64,000 nucleotides of DNA from a virus. Position numbers and translations under genes: made by a program. Under the pieces are notes generated by a model that made no database searches, was not told where the DNA came from, and was given only the letters and a program-made list of their open reading frames with translations. Every line of letters begins with the position of its first letter. The first letter of the stretch is position 1. Where the stretch lies: IMG/VR virus record IMGVR_UViG_3300036770_007034, positions 23,060-87,059 of that record. One strand, given 5' to 3'. Positions 21,336 to 31,612 of the stretch are shown in pieces.

Positions 21336-22313
21336 ATGACATATTCAACCGGATCAGTAATACTAGATGACGACTATAATATTTTTGCCACAGGTAATGC
21401 TGCCGGTACTGGCGATAACAATGTCGCAAACGTAAACACCGTATGGGGAGTTGGAAATGGCGATAAAGGATATGGTCAGACTACTCTTCCGGTTCTCAGC
21501 GCAGTATCCGCAGGACAGACAGTGACAGCTACACAATGGGCTACCATGCTGAATCGTATCTCTTCAGCCGCCAGCCAGCAAGGATCTTCGATTACCGGCA
21601 TCACTAACCCTGTAGCAGGCGACACAATTAGTGCTTATGCCGCTCTTTCAACTAACATCACGACAATCTACAACAACCGCTTGAACTGTGCCGCTGTAGG
21701 ATCATCGATCACTTCGGGCGGTAGTACAGATCGTACTACATCTTGGGCTACATCGGTGACATTTACACAGACGGTGACATTCGCAAGTGGCGATGCCGCT
21801 CGCTACTTTTTCAACGCAGGTGGACGTATCACACAGACGTGGAGTCGCTCAGGCGGTTCTGTGAACGACCAAAATACAGCTATCACTAACCTATGTACAG
21901 CTTGTGGTACGCTGAACTACACAGCAGGTACTGGCACACAGACCATCGCCGGCAGTAGCTACACAGGTACTACCAAGACCGGTGGTTCTGGTTCGCCCAC
22001 AGTGGCAACGACCACAGGTTACTACGATTACACCACTGCCAACGTGCAGGTATTCACGCAATCGGCCAGTTCTTACTACGGTTATGAAGGCAACTCAATC
22101 ACTGTCAACATCCTGACCAACGGTACCCAGGGTTCCAATGCTGACACAGGATCGGTGATCACTATCTACTCTACTGTAGCAAAAGGTGGTGGGTTGACCA
22201 CAGTTGACGGTACTCTAAACTCTACTATCACACTGATCCCCAGCTCGACGACATATCTTACCACGACCAGTTGGGGTACACCTACATTGGCTGGATCACA
22301 ATCCGGATCGTAA
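21336..22313 (+). CDS. Thr/Ser/Gly-rich tail fibre-like virion protein
   Basis: 325 aa, very T/S/G-rich, with GYGQ and ARYFFNAGG motifs; last gene before a terminator. Confidence 0.6.
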   Translation: MTYSTGSVILDDDYNIFATGNAAGTGDNNVANVNTVWGVGNGDKGYGQTTLPVLSAVSAGQTVTATQWATMLNRISSAASQQGSSITGITNPVAGDTISAYAALSTNITTIYNNRLNCAAVGSSITSGGSTDRTTSWATSVTFTQTVTFASGDAARYFFNAGGRITQTWSRSGGSVNDQNTAITNLCTACGTLNYTAGTGTQTIAGSSYTGTTKTGGSGSPTVATTTGYYDYTTANVQVFTQSASSYYGYEGNSITVNILTNGTQGSNADTGSVITIYSTVAKGGGLTTVDGTLNSTITLIPSSTTYLTTTSWGTPTLAGSQSGS

Positions 22314-22331
22314 TCGAAGATTTTGGAGAAC

Positions 22332-22359
22332 AAAAAGGGCCTCAGGGCCCTTTTGTTTT
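22332..22359 (+). terminator. Rho-independent terminator (possibly bidirectional)
   Basis: AAAAGGGCC-TCAG-GGCCCTTTT followed by GTTTT. Confidence 0.85.
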
Positions 22360-22370
22360 GCTACATACTC

Positions 22371-22379
22371 TGTTATAAT
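22371..22379 (+). promoter_or_regulatory. Extended -10 element (TGnTATAAT), probably giving a leaderless transcript
   Basis: TGTTATAAT 6 nt upstream of ATG 22385, immediately after the terminator. Confidence 0.5.
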
Positions 22380-22384
22380 GGAGT

Positions 22385-22699
22385 ATGAACTTGGATCCAG
22401 AACAAATAGTCAAAGAGATCAAAAGCCGTTTTGATCATGCCACGCAGAAGAAACTGCTCCGCGAAAAATATCACTCTAAGATGACCTTCGCCCATGCTGG
22501 CGGTATGTGGAAAGCCGGTCCGGAGTTGCTGACATTACTGCATGCTTGCCCAGTAGAGGATTCTGTAGTGATCGAAGACCTCTATGGCAATCCTGTAAAG
22601 ATCAACCCATTGGAGCTACAGCATCTTGCACATGGTCGCTGGCAAGAGCAGATGACTGCCTGGTTGTGCGAACTTGAAGAGTTGAGCCGTAATCGATGA
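22385..22699 (+). CDS. Hypothetical protein (possible fibre-assembly associated)
   Basis: 104-aa ORF with ATGA coupling to the next gene. Confidence 0.6.
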   Translation: MNLDPEQIVKEIKSRFDHATQKKLLREKYHSKMTFAHAGGMWKAGPELLTLLHACPVEDSVVIEDLYGNPVKINPLELQHLAHGRWQEQMTAWLCELEELSRNR

Positions 22700-23517
22700 C
22701 CCGAGGCGCAGTACTGTTTGCTTTCAACAATGATCGCGTGGACTACGTGAGCCAAGCGCAATGGTCTGCACCTCGCATCAATCGTCATCTAGGATTGCCT
22801 GTGACCTTGGTAACAGATGTCATGCCTGATGATGTTAGTATGTTTGATCAAGTGATTATCCGTGAAAGTCGCAGTGGCGGTACTAGGAAATATGATCACA
22901 TGAATGCTGACTCATCCGCTAACTGGTATAACCGCGGTCGATGTTCGGCCTATGATGTTACTCCGTATGACGAGACGTTGTTGCTAGACACAGATTACAT
23001 AGTAAGTTCCAGTCAGCTGTTGGCGTTGTTCAATGCTGACAAAGATATCCTATGCCATCGATACGTACTAGATGTCACTGACCGAAGAAACTTTGCCAGT
23101 GATACTAGATTCGGTGATGTAGAATTTCCCATGTGGTGGGCCACAGTCGTGTACTTCCGCAAGAGCAAGGCGGCCCAATCTGTGTTTGATATGATGCGCA
23201 TGATCGAAACTAATTGGTATCATTACAGTCGTATCTATAAATTCAATCAAGATCTCTATCGCAACGACTATGCTATCAGCATCGCACTGAACACTGTGTA
23301 CGGACATTTGCCTGACGCTGTGCCCAGCATACCCTGGCCTTTGTTCACAGCGTTTTATGATGTATATCTCAATCAATTAGATGATGATCGATTCCAACTC
23401 AATTACGTTCGCATGGCCGATCATCAAGAACGCCATCAGCGCATGATATTGGCAGACTGCGACCTTCATGTAATGAACAAACCCGACCTAGGAAAGATCT
23501 GTGGCAGTAGAATTTGA
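22696..23517 (+). CDS. GT-A fold nucleotide-sugar transferase-like protein (GT8-like)
   Basis: TPYDETLLLDTD (DxD), WATVVYF, RNDYA and C-terminal HVMNK. Confidence 0.6.
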   Translation: MTRGAVLFAFNNDRVDYVSQAQWSAPRINRHLGLPVTLVTDVMPDDVSMFDQVIIRESRSGGTRKYDHMNADSSANWYNRGRCSAYDVTPYDETLLLDTDYIVSSSQLLALFNADKDILCHRYVLDVTDRRNFASDTRFGDVEFPMWWATVVYFRKSKAAQSVFDMMRMIETNWYHYSRIYKFNQDLYRNDYAISIALNTVYGHLPDAVPSIPWPLFTAFYDVYLNQLDDDRFQLNYVRMADHQERHQRMILADCDLHVMNKPDLGKICGSRI

Positions 23518-24319
23518 ACGCGGCTATCTCATCATAGCACAGAATACTGATGCCACTGACTACATGGCCTGTGCTCGCGCATTGGCACGCAGTTTGCGTT
23601 GGCACATGCCCGACTGCAAGATATGTTTGGTCACTGATACTCCAGAGAGTGATCCGGTATTTGACATAGTCCGCCCGTTGCCGTTTGGAGATCAAAAAGG
23701 ATGGGCCAATGACTGGCAAGTGTTCGCAGCCACACCATTCCGAGAAACCATCAAGCTAGAAGCAGACATGATAGTGACCAATGATATTAGCCACTGGTGG
23801 GCATGGTTTGAACATCGAGACGTAGTGATCAGTCATGGCATGAGGAACTATCTCAATGAGTCCAGCGAGTGTCGTGCTTATCGGCGCATGTTTGATGACA
23901 ACGATCTACCAGATGTCTACAATGCCATCACGTATTGGAGGCTCAGCCGCACTGCCGCTGAGTTCTGGCAGCTGGTGCGCACATTCTTTGAGCAGTGGTC
24001 CACAGTAAGGCAGACACTCAAATACTGCGACAATGTACCGGCTAATACAGACATGATCTATGCCATGGTGGCCAAGTACATGGGCACAGAACTAGTGACT
24101 CTGCCCGCGGCCTGGCCCACGATCACGCACATGAAACCTGCTGTGAATTACCTAAAGACAGATGCACGTCCATGGAACGATGAATTCGTCTGGGAATTAG
24201 TGTCCGGAGATTTCCGTATCAACACAGTATCGCAACAAGACATCGTGCATTATCAAGAAAAAGCATTTGCTAAACCATTAGAGGAACATTATGGACGCCT
24301 TCTGGCAAGCCGTCGCTGA
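23501..24319 (+). CDS. GT-A fold nucleotide-sugar transferase-like protein, paralogue of 22696-23517
   Basis: TPFRETIKLEAD, YNAITYW, NTDMIYA and THMK motifs align with the preceding ORF; GTG start. Confidence 0.55.
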   Translation: MAVEFERGYLIIAQNTDATDYMACARALARSLRWHMPDCKICLVTDTPESDPVFDIVRPLPFGDQKGWANDWQVFAATPFRETIKLEADMIVTNDISHWWAWFEHRDVVISHGMRNYLNESSECRAYRRMFDDNDLPDVYNAITYWRLSRTAAEFWQLVRTFFEQWSTVRQTLKYCDNVPANTDMIYAMVAKYMGTELVTLPAAWPTITHMKPAVNYLKTDARPWNDEFVWELVSGDFRINTVSQQDIVHYQEKAFAKPLEEHYGRLLASRR

Positions 24320-24641
24320 ACACGATTGGGTTCAACCCGAGATACGTCAGGAATTTCGATTGTACTATGATACCCAAGACGGTCGTGTGCTGTTTTACAG
24401 CATGGAAGATGTTCCTGGGGATTATCTAGTGATTGACCGACACACGTTCGAACTGCATCGATTTGATATCAAAGTCAAGGATGGTAAAATCATCCGAGTG
24501 AAACACCCTGCTAGTTGGAAATTGGTGCCAGCAGACTCTGGTGAATATGCTTGTCATCCTCAAGACATTACCCTAATAGTACCACCAGCATCGGCACAGA
24601 AACAATACTGGAAAGTGGAGACCACACATGAAGAAGATTGA
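24291..24641 (+). CDS. Hypothetical protein
   Basis: 116 aa with GAGGA SD; overlaps both neighbours. Confidence 0.6.
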   Translation: MDAFWQAVAEHDWVQPEIRQEFRLYYDTQDGRVLFYSMEDVPGDYLVIDRHTFELHRFDIKVKDGKIIRVKHPASWKLVPADSGEYACHPQDITLIVPPASAQKQYWKVETTHEED

Positions 24642-25557
24642 TGTAGCAGATCTAGACTGCATCTACTTGAGCTATGACGAACCTCAGAAAGAAGAGTTCT
24701 GGGTCAAGATACGAAACATGGTACCTTGGGCCAAACGAGTAGATGGCGTCAAAGGGTCAGATGCCGCACACAAGGCCGCTGCTGAGGCCAGCGAAACAGA
24801 TCGCTTCGTCCTTATTGACGGAGACAATATTCCGCAAGAAAAGTTCTTCAATCTCACATTAGAGTTTCCAGATGAGAGCTGGGAGCAGGCTACGTTCCGT
24901 TGGCGAGCCCGCAATCACATCAATGGATTGATGTACGGCAATGGTGGATTGAGTTCATGGACGCGAGACTTTGTGCTCAACATGAAAACACACGAAAACA
25001 CTGACGGTAAAGATGAGACCGTGGTTGAGTTTTGTTTCGATCCACTATACTGGCCCATGCACGATTGTTATAGCACTACCTACCCTAACGGATCACCTTT
25101 CCATGCCTGGCGTGCCGGCTTCCGAGAAGGCGTGAAGATGTGTTTAGATCGTGGCCGCAAACCTTCGGTATCGGAGTTCAAAGACAGTGTACACAAACGC
25201 AACTTTGATCATCTCACTATCTGGCATAATGTAGGATCTGATGTAGAGAATGGGTTCTGGGCCATAGCTGGCGCCCGCCAAGGCACATATATGACCATGT
25301 TGAGCGATTGGGATTACAGAGAAGTACAGTGGTTTGATACCTTAGAGAAGATCTGGGAGTCCACAGTGGCCAATCAAGATCCAGCCGGGGTGATTGACTT
25401 CTACCACGAACCCTTGAGTACACGACTTGATTTACCCATGGCATTCATGCCTCCGTTCCAGAGCGCATTTTTCAAAGATCATTATCGTAGCAACTGGCAC
25501 AACCGCGGAGTGATGACTCGAGAAATAGATGTGATAAGGCAGCAAGAAGGATGGTAA
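24628..25557 (+). CDS. GT-A-like protein (phage glycosyltransferase-like family)
   Basis: YLSYDEP...RVDGVKGSDAAHKAAA...LIDGDN (DxD)...NGLMYGNGG...AWRAGFREGVK; homologous to the C-terminal domain of 40721-42328. Confidence 0.55.
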   Translation: MKKIDVADLDCIYLSYDEPQKEEFWVKIRNMVPWAKRVDGVKGSDAAHKAAAEASETDRFVLIDGDNIPQEKFFNLTLEFPDESWEQATFRWRARNHINGLMYGNGGLSSWTRDFVLNMKTHENTDGKDETVVEFCFDPLYWPMHDCYSTTYPNGSPFHAWRAGFREGVKMCLDRGRKPSVSEFKDSVHKRNFDHLTIWHNVGSDVENGFWAIAGARQGTYMTMLSDWDYREVQWFDTLEKIWESTVANQDPAGVIDFYHEPLSTRLDLPMAFMPPFQSAFFKDHYRSNWHNRGVMTREIDVIRQQEGW

Positions 25558-26537
25558 ATGTCAGAGTGATATCCAGTGATTGCAAAGTTTGGAATCGAGA
25601 TCAAGTCATCGTAGAAATCGGCCATGCTATGTCTATCAATGAAGATATTACTATAGATCTCATAAGCGAGGGTCCGTGTTTTACTTCGTTGGAACTGAGC
25701 GAGTCGATCTCTCTGATGAGATCGTTGTATGACTATCAAAAAGATATATCAGTAAAGACCTGTAATCTGTCTCAACAAAGATGCGACGGATTCCAATTTG
25801 ATGTCCAACCTCCCACACATTTTATAAAGAATACCAAAGATAAGTTATCTAAAAATACCCAGACAAAACATCTTACTAAAAAGTTTGGATTGTTTATTGG
25901 CAGATCTAATGCACCTCGACTTGATCTGGCCAGTTATATTTGGAAAAATCACAAAGAAGACACCGTGATGACCTATCATTTTGATACAGAGATAGACTAT
26001 CACAGAAACAATATTGGATTAGATGACTTAGTCAGATGGCAAAACACCAAAGATTTGCTTGACGCAGTTGATTTGATAAAGTCATCGCCACTGAAGTTTG
26101 AGGAAGTGAGATATCCTATACTCATGGACCAGCATTGTGATATCAGTCGGTTGTCAAAAGATTTTTTGATAGAGGTAGTGTGCGAAACATATTATACCGG
26201 AACAACTTTTTTCCCTACAGAAAAAATATGGAGGCCGATCATGTCCGGATCTCCGTTTATTGTGCAAGGACCGAGATATTTTTTGCACAAACTAAGAGAT
26301 CTTGGATTCAAGACATTCGATAAATGGTGGGACGAAGGATATGGCGAAGATCCAGCCGCCTGGCAAATAACAGAAATAAAAAAAGTGATAAGTCATATCG
26401 CTTCTTTTGATTACGACACTATACAAAAATGGTATCAGGAGATGATTCCATTGTTGGATCATAATCGCAAAAGATTTTTAGAACTGAACAAAAAAGATTT
26501 ATCTTCTATCTACAAGGATTTATCAAAGTATGATTGA
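25551..26537 (+). CDS. Glycosyltransferase-like protein (ET...TEK...KPI...GF-x-TF family), paralogue 1
   Basis: EVVCETYYTGTTFFPTEKIWRPI...PFIVQG...LRDLGFKTFDKWWDEGY, reminiscent of the GT10 donor-binding motif. Confidence 0.5.
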   Translation: MVNVRVISSDCKVWNRDQVIVEIGHAMSINEDITIDLISEGPCFTSLELSESISLMRSLYDYQKDISVKTCNLSQQRCDGFQFDVQPPTHFIKNTKDKLSKNTQTKHLTKKFGLFIGRSNAPRLDLASYIWKNHKEDTVMTYHFDTEIDYHRNNIGLDDLVRWQNTKDLLDAVDLIKSSPLKFEEVRYPILMDQHCDISRLSKDFLIEVVCETYYTGTTFFPTEKIWRPIMSGSPFIVQGPRYFLHKLRDLGFKTFDKWWDEGYGEDPAAWQITEIKKVISHIASFDYDTIQKWYQEMIPLLDHNRKRFLELNKKDLSSIYKDLSKYD

Positions 26538-27960
26538 TCAGAACAAAGGCGACGAAGTCGCGGCTGATTTCAAGTCTAAATTTCTCAGTGATGCTGAGAT
26601 AATGAAACAACGTCTGGACTCGGTAAGTCCCAGTATGTGTCTAGCCAAATGGAAACAGGTCAGCCTTCATCTTACTACAGGACATACCAACTCCTGCTAT
26701 CATCCCCCGTTGCATCGTATACGCATTGAGGATATACAGCGCGGTGGTATCGGACTTCACAATACTGAGCACAAGAAACAGCAACGGAAACTCATGATGG
26801 AAGGTACCAGGCCCTCTGAGTGCCAGTATTGCTGGAACATGGAAGACAACGGCAAGCTCAGTGATCGCCATTACCGGTCGGGCGAACCCTGGGCCGCGAA
26901 AGATTTTGAACGGATAGTCAGCGCAGATTGGAGCCAAGATGTTTTACCAAGTTATGTTGAAGTCAATTTTAGTCATGCTTGTAATCTCGCCTGTAGTTAT
27001 TGCAGTCCTCAGTTTAGTAGCACGTGGCAACAGGAAGTTGAACGGCATGGCAGCTACCCCACTTCGACGCCTCATAATGATCCCGATTATTTTCGCGGCG
27101 AGCGTCGCCCTATTCCTAGTCGTGAAGCAAATCCTTACCTAGAAGCTTTCTGGGAATGGTGGCCCACGCTGTATCCAGAACTTGAGCACTTCCGCATGAC
27201 CGGTGGTGAGCCTATGATGGACAAGAACACCTTCCGGGTGTTTGATTATGTGCTGATGAACCCTAGTCCTAAACTGCATCTCAATGTCACGAGCAATTTC
27301 TCTGCAGATGAGAAACTGTGGCAACGCTACAAAGGCTATGTAAAGATGCTGTGCGACGGAGAAAAGATCGAACACTTCATGCAGTACGTGAGCCTTGACG
27401 GTTGGCTTGACAAAGCCGAATACATGCGCCACGGCCTGGACTTTGGGTTGCTATGGAATCGAGTGAATGAGTTCTTGAGCGAGATACCCGGGCGTAGCAG
27501 TCTGACATTCATCATCACTATGAACAATCTGTCGGTGACAAGTTTTGAACAGCTCATGGTCGCTGTGCTGGGATTGAGACAGATCTATTCAAACACATAT
27601 CAGCGGGTGTGGTTTGATACTCCTGTGCTCCGTACTCCCAGTTGGCAGAGCATGCAACTGTTGCCGGAGAGCTATGTAGAGAAACTGGAAGCTGTGTGGG
27701 TCTGGATGATGAAGAACATGGAGACCGAAGAAAAGCGTTTCAAAGGTTTCAAAGACTATGAACTACAACGTCTGGATAGAGATATCGCCTGGATGCGAGA
27801 CGGACAGAAATTAGAGCCCGACTATATCAAACGGCAAAAAGCCGACTTCTATAGATTCTTTGCAGAGCATGACCGTCGTCGTGGTACTGATTTCCTAAAG
27901 ACATTTCCTGAAATGAGTGCTTGGTGGGCAGAGTGTCAATATCATGCCAACAACGATTGA
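26530..27960 (+). CDS. Radical SAM enzyme with N-terminal Twitch/SPASM-like Cys cluster (1)
   Basis: CNLACSYC (CX3CX2C) and TGGEP; N-terminal MCLAKW...SCYH...CQYCW. Confidence 0.9.
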   Translation: MIDQNKGDEVAADFKSKFLSDAEIMKQRLDSVSPSMCLAKWKQVSLHLTTGHTNSCYHPPLHRIRIEDIQRGGIGLHNTEHKKQQRKLMMEGTRPSECQYCWNMEDNGKLSDRHYRSGEPWAAKDFERIVSADWSQDVLPSYVEVNFSHACNLACSYCSPQFSSTWQQEVERHGSYPTSTPHNDPDYFRGERRPIPSREANPYLEAFWEWWPTLYPELEHFRMTGGEPMMDKNTFRVFDYVLMNPSPKLHLNVTSNFSADEKLWQRYKGYVKMLCDGEKIEHFMQYVSLDGWLDKAEYMRHGLDFGLLWNRVNEFLSEIPGRSSLTFIITMNNLSVTSFEQLMVAVLGLRQIYSNTYQRVWFDTPVLRTPSWQSMQLLPESYVEKLEAVWVWMMKNMETEEKRFKGFKDYELQRLDRDIAWMRDGQKLEPDYIKRQKADFYRFFAEHDRRRGTDFLKTFPEMSAWWAECQYHANND

Positions 27961-28933
27961 TCCAGATGTAGTACTGAGCTACCTAAGTTCAAACATCACT
28001 GATGCAGACTGGCGTATAATCTCAGTGAGAACTTTGCTAGAGCAGTGGCCAGAGATAGAAAAACAATTATCTCAAGGTCAGATTACAGCGGTGGAGAAAA
28101 CCGACGAAGGAGTGACTACACTTTGGCATATAGTGACCAATGTCCAGTATGCTCCTTGGATCCGTTCCGGGCAACTACGACTAATAACTAGCAGTGATGC
28201 TGATTCCAGCATTTCAAATTTCAATGCCGAACATTTCCTAGCAGCCACGATCGGTAGCCAAGAAGTTCGTTTGCCGCTGACATATACCGATCAAGCAAGG
28301 CCTTATACTTTTCTTTTCCCTAACAGAAAGATAAGACCACATCGTAGATATCTCATATTGGAATTACAAAAAAGAATGTTGCTGGATCGCGCTCTCTGGA
28401 GCTGCCTCAAAGGGCATAACACACAAGGACATCCAGAACATACTCGTGTTTATGCAGATGGAATCAGTATGCCAGTAAAGAAGCTGGATGAAGGATATGA
28501 TCCAGCGATCGCACCGGACTGGATAGATGGTGTGATATATCCCCAACAGTATCAACACACTTGGTTTACATTGGTATCAGAAACTGCGTTCGAATATCCT
28601 TACAGTTTCCGTACTGAAAAAATCTGGAAACCCATACTAGCAGGACATCCATTCTTGGTTTGTGCCAACACAGGATTCTATAAAGATCTGCGAAACCTGG
28701 GATTCAGGACATTTGATCGGTTGATTGATGAGTCATTTGATAGTATAATAGATGGTAAGGATCGTCTAGATCGCTTGATTGATACTGTGGCCTGGTTATG
28801 CCAACAAGATCTTGCCGAATTCTGGCGAGCCTCGCGAGAAGTGTGTTTATATAATCACCAACGTGCTTTGGAACTACATAATAGTCTTGCTCAAAATTTT
28901 ACTTCCCGACTACTGGAATTCATGAATGCCTAG
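27944..28933 (+). CDS. Glycosyltransferase-like protein (TEK family), paralogue 2
   Basis: LVSETAFEYPYSFRTEKIWKPILAGHPF...LRNLGFRTFDRLIDESFD; ATG 27944 preferred over the upstream TTG. Confidence 0.5.
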   Translation: MPTTIDPDVVLSYLSSNITDADWRIISVRTLLEQWPEIEKQLSQGQITAVEKTDEGVTTLWHIVTNVQYAPWIRSGQLRLITSSDADSSISNFNAEHFLAATIGSQEVRLPLTYTDQARPYTFLFPNRKIRPHRRYLILELQKRMLLDRALWSCLKGHNTQGHPEHTRVYADGISMPVKKLDEGYDPAIAPDWIDGVIYPQQYQHTWFTLVSETAFEYPYSFRTEKIWKPILAGHPFLVCANTGFYKDLRNLGFRTFDRLIDESFDSIIDGKDRLDRLIDTVAWLCQQDLAEFWRASREVCLYNHQRALELHNSLAQNFTSRLLEFMNA

Positions 28934-30278
28934 ATTACACAACGAAACAGACTTGGAATACAAGCGCCGAGTGATTGATATCAAATCGGAAAGTTTCTGC
29001 GGAGCCAAATGGTACAATGCCACGATCTGGCTAGGATCAGGTATGACTACCAGTTGCCATCACCCGCTGCCACACAAAGTAGAGATCTCTGAAGTTGAAA
29101 CCAACCCCAAAGCATTACACAACACAGCTCGTAAAAAAGAAGAGCGCAGACAGATGCAGGCAGGGGAACGTCCCGCAGGATGCGAATATTGTTGGAAGAT
29201 CGAAGACATAGGTCGAGATAACATATCAGATCGTGTATACAAGACTGTAATCTACTCAGACGAGGAACTCAATGAAGCTTATCTATTACCCCCCTCTGCG
29301 GACACAGATCTACGCACTCTTGAGATCAGTTTCGACCGTACTTGTCAATTGGCTTGTAGCTACTGCAATCCTGCTTTCTCTAGCACTTGGGTCAAAGACA
29401 TTAGAAACAATGGACCATATACCCAGTTGGTCAGCGACGGTCGTAATCACTTCACTCATGATCATGACAGTGCTCAACTTTATCGATACGGTGAAGTCAA
29501 TCCGTATGTTGAGGCATTTTTCCGCTGGTGGGAAACCGACCTACATAAGACGCTTAGAGAGCTACGGATCACCGGAGGAGAACCACTCATGTCCGGATAC
29601 ACATGGAAACTCCTAGACTGGTTCAAGGCTAATCAAGGTCGCAGCCAAACACGTCTAGCCATCAACTCAAATCTGGCCATGCCCACAGAAGATGTGCTAC
29701 GATTGCTAGACCGCGCCGAAGGTATCACTCTAGACATCTACACTTCTAATGAAAGCATGCCCAACCATGCTGAATATATCCGTGATGGATTGAGTTGGGG
29801 CAATTGGATGAAGAACATGCACATGCTGGCCGGTAGCCGTAGATTGCGTGGACTACATGTGATGTGTACTATCAACGCATTGTGCTTGGAATCACTTACA
29901 GAATTTTTAGATGTGATGATCAAGTTCAAAGAACAGTATGGAAGAGACTTTCCTACTTTTACTTTGAACATCCTACGTTTTCCCAGCTTCCAATCACCAT
30001 TGGTATTGCCGGACAATATACGTCAGCGTCGGTGCGAAAAATTACAAAAATGGTTCGATGATAACAAACACAATGAACTATTGCATCAGATGGAACTGAA
30101 TCAAGTGCAGAGATTGATCGACTATCTCGATGTAGTCAAGACTCCGCATAGCGATACCTTTGATCGTGCGAGCCTGCACAATGATTTCAAACGATTCTAC
30201 GAACAGTATGACCAGCGTCGAGACAAATCTTTCCGAGATACGTTTCCAGGTCTATCAGGATGGTACGACAGCCTATGA
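28926..30278 (+). CDS. Radical SAM enzyme with N-terminal Twitch/SPASM-like cluster (2)
   Basis: CQLACSYC and TGGEP; FCGAKW...SCHH...CEYCW. Confidence 0.9.
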   Translation: MPRLHNETDLEYKRRVIDIKSESFCGAKWYNATIWLGSGMTTSCHHPLPHKVEISEVETNPKALHNTARKKEERRQMQAGERPAGCEYCWKIEDIGRDNISDRVYKTVIYSDEELNEAYLLPPSADTDLRTLEISFDRTCQLACSYCNPAFSSTWVKDIRNNGPYTQLVSDGRNHFTHDHDSAQLYRYGEVNPYVEAFFRWWETDLHKTLRELRITGGEPLMSGYTWKLLDWFKANQGRSQTRLAINSNLAMPTEDVLRLLDRAEGITLDIYTSNESMPNHAEYIRDGLSWGNWMKNMHMLAGSRRLRGLHVMCTINALCLESLTEFLDVMIKFKEQYGRDFPTFTLNILRFPSFQSPLVLPDNIRQRRCEKLQKWFDDNKHNELLHQMELNQVQRLIDYLDVVKTPHSDTFDRASLHNDFKRFYEQYDQRRDKSFRDTFPGLSGWYDSL

Positions 30279-31612
30279 ACAAAGACAATAATCTCAGTAA
30301 TTACAACTGGAAAGATCGTGTGCCCACTTATATCGGCCTCGATCAGCTCTCTGAGCAACAACAACACAGGTTGATGCACAGCGACAGCTTCTGCATGTTG
30401 CCGTGGATCCACTTACACGCATGGCCCGACGGCAGAGCTTATCCGTGCTGTTTAGGTAATGCTTCATTTCCTGTAGGCGACTTCAAACAAAAGTCCATGC
30501 GCGAGATCTGGAACGACACAGACATGCGAGAGATGCGTCTGAACATGTTGAACGATCGTCCGTGCCGCCAATGTAGTGATTGCTATGAGCAAGAGTCTGC
30601 TGGATTCGCCAGCATGCGCAACAACTCCAACAAGAACTTTGGCCAGCACATTGAATTGATTGACGAAACTCTGCCGGATGGATCTTTGCCAGACATGCGC
30701 CTGCATTACTGGGACGTGAGATTCTCCAACATCTGCAATCTCAAATGCCGTAGCTGTGGGTCGATCTTTTCTAGCCGTTGGTATGACGATGATGTCAAGC
30801 TCTGGGGCAAAGCTCTGCGGCCTCGTGTACAGTTCGCTGGACGTCATGAAGAAGACGTGTGGGAGCAGATGCAAGAACACATTCCACATCTGGACCAGAT
30901 CTACTTTGCTGGTGGCGAACCTCTGATCATGGAAGAGCATAATCGTATCCTCAAGCTGTTGATTGAAAAAGGCAACACCAAAGTCAGATTGATCTATAAT
31001 ACCAATCTCACTGAATTGAAATACAAACGTGAAAGCGTGCTAGAGCTTTGGAAACATTTTCCACATGTATGCGTAGCTGCCAGCCTTGATGACATGGGTC
31101 CGCGAGCCGAAGTCATACGGTCGGGCACTGACTGGGCACAAGTAGAACAAAACATCCGCGATCTCAAACGCGAGTGCCCACATATAGATTTCATGATCTC
31201 TCCTACTTTGAGCATGATGAACATCTGGCACTTCGTTGATTTTCACAAGTACATGATCGAGCAAGGATTCATCGAACCCAAGGATCTCAATGTGAACATC
31301 CTTCAAGGACCACGTGGCTATCGCATAGACATGTTGCCAGCAGACATAAAGCAACGATTCCGCGCCCAGTTCGAAGAACACATTGAATGGCTGCAGGACA
31401 AGGATCCTATCCATCGAGCCATCGGCGGGTTTGAAGCTGCCATAAACTTCATGATGGCGCAGGACAACAGCGAATTGCTACCGGAGTTCTGGGAAACAGT
31501 GAATGAACTGGACTGGGCCCGCAGTGAATCATTGCTAGAAGTGGTGCCAGAACTTGAAGAGATTGTGCAATATCGTCCAGCATCCACTAGGATACCTCTC
31601 AAGAAAAAATGA
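30275..31612 (+). CDS. Radical SAM enzyme with N-terminal Twitch/SPASM-like cluster (3)
   Basis: CNLKCRSC and AGGEP; FCMLPW...PCC...CSDC; ATGA overlap start. Confidence 0.9.
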   Translation: MNKDNNLSNYNWKDRVPTYIGLDQLSEQQQHRLMHSDSFCMLPWIHLHAWPDGRAYPCCLGNASFPVGDFKQKSMREIWNDTDMREMRLNMLNDRPCRQCSDCYEQESAGFASMRNNSNKNFGQHIELIDETLPDGSLPDMRLHYWDVRFSNICNLKCRSCGSIFSSRWYDDDVKLWGKALRPRVQFAGRHEEDVWEQMQEHIPHLDQIYFAGGEPLIMEEHNRILKLLIEKGNTKVRLIYNTNLTELKYKRESVLELWKHFPHVCVAASLDDMGPRAEVIRSGTDWAQVEQNIRDLKRECPHIDFMISPTLSMMNIWHFVDFHKYMIEQGFIEPKDLNVNILQGPRGYRIDMLPADIKQRFRAQFEEHIEWLQDKDPIHRAIGGFEAAINFMMAQDNSELLPEFWETVNELDWARSESLLEVVPELEEIVQYRPASTRIPLKKK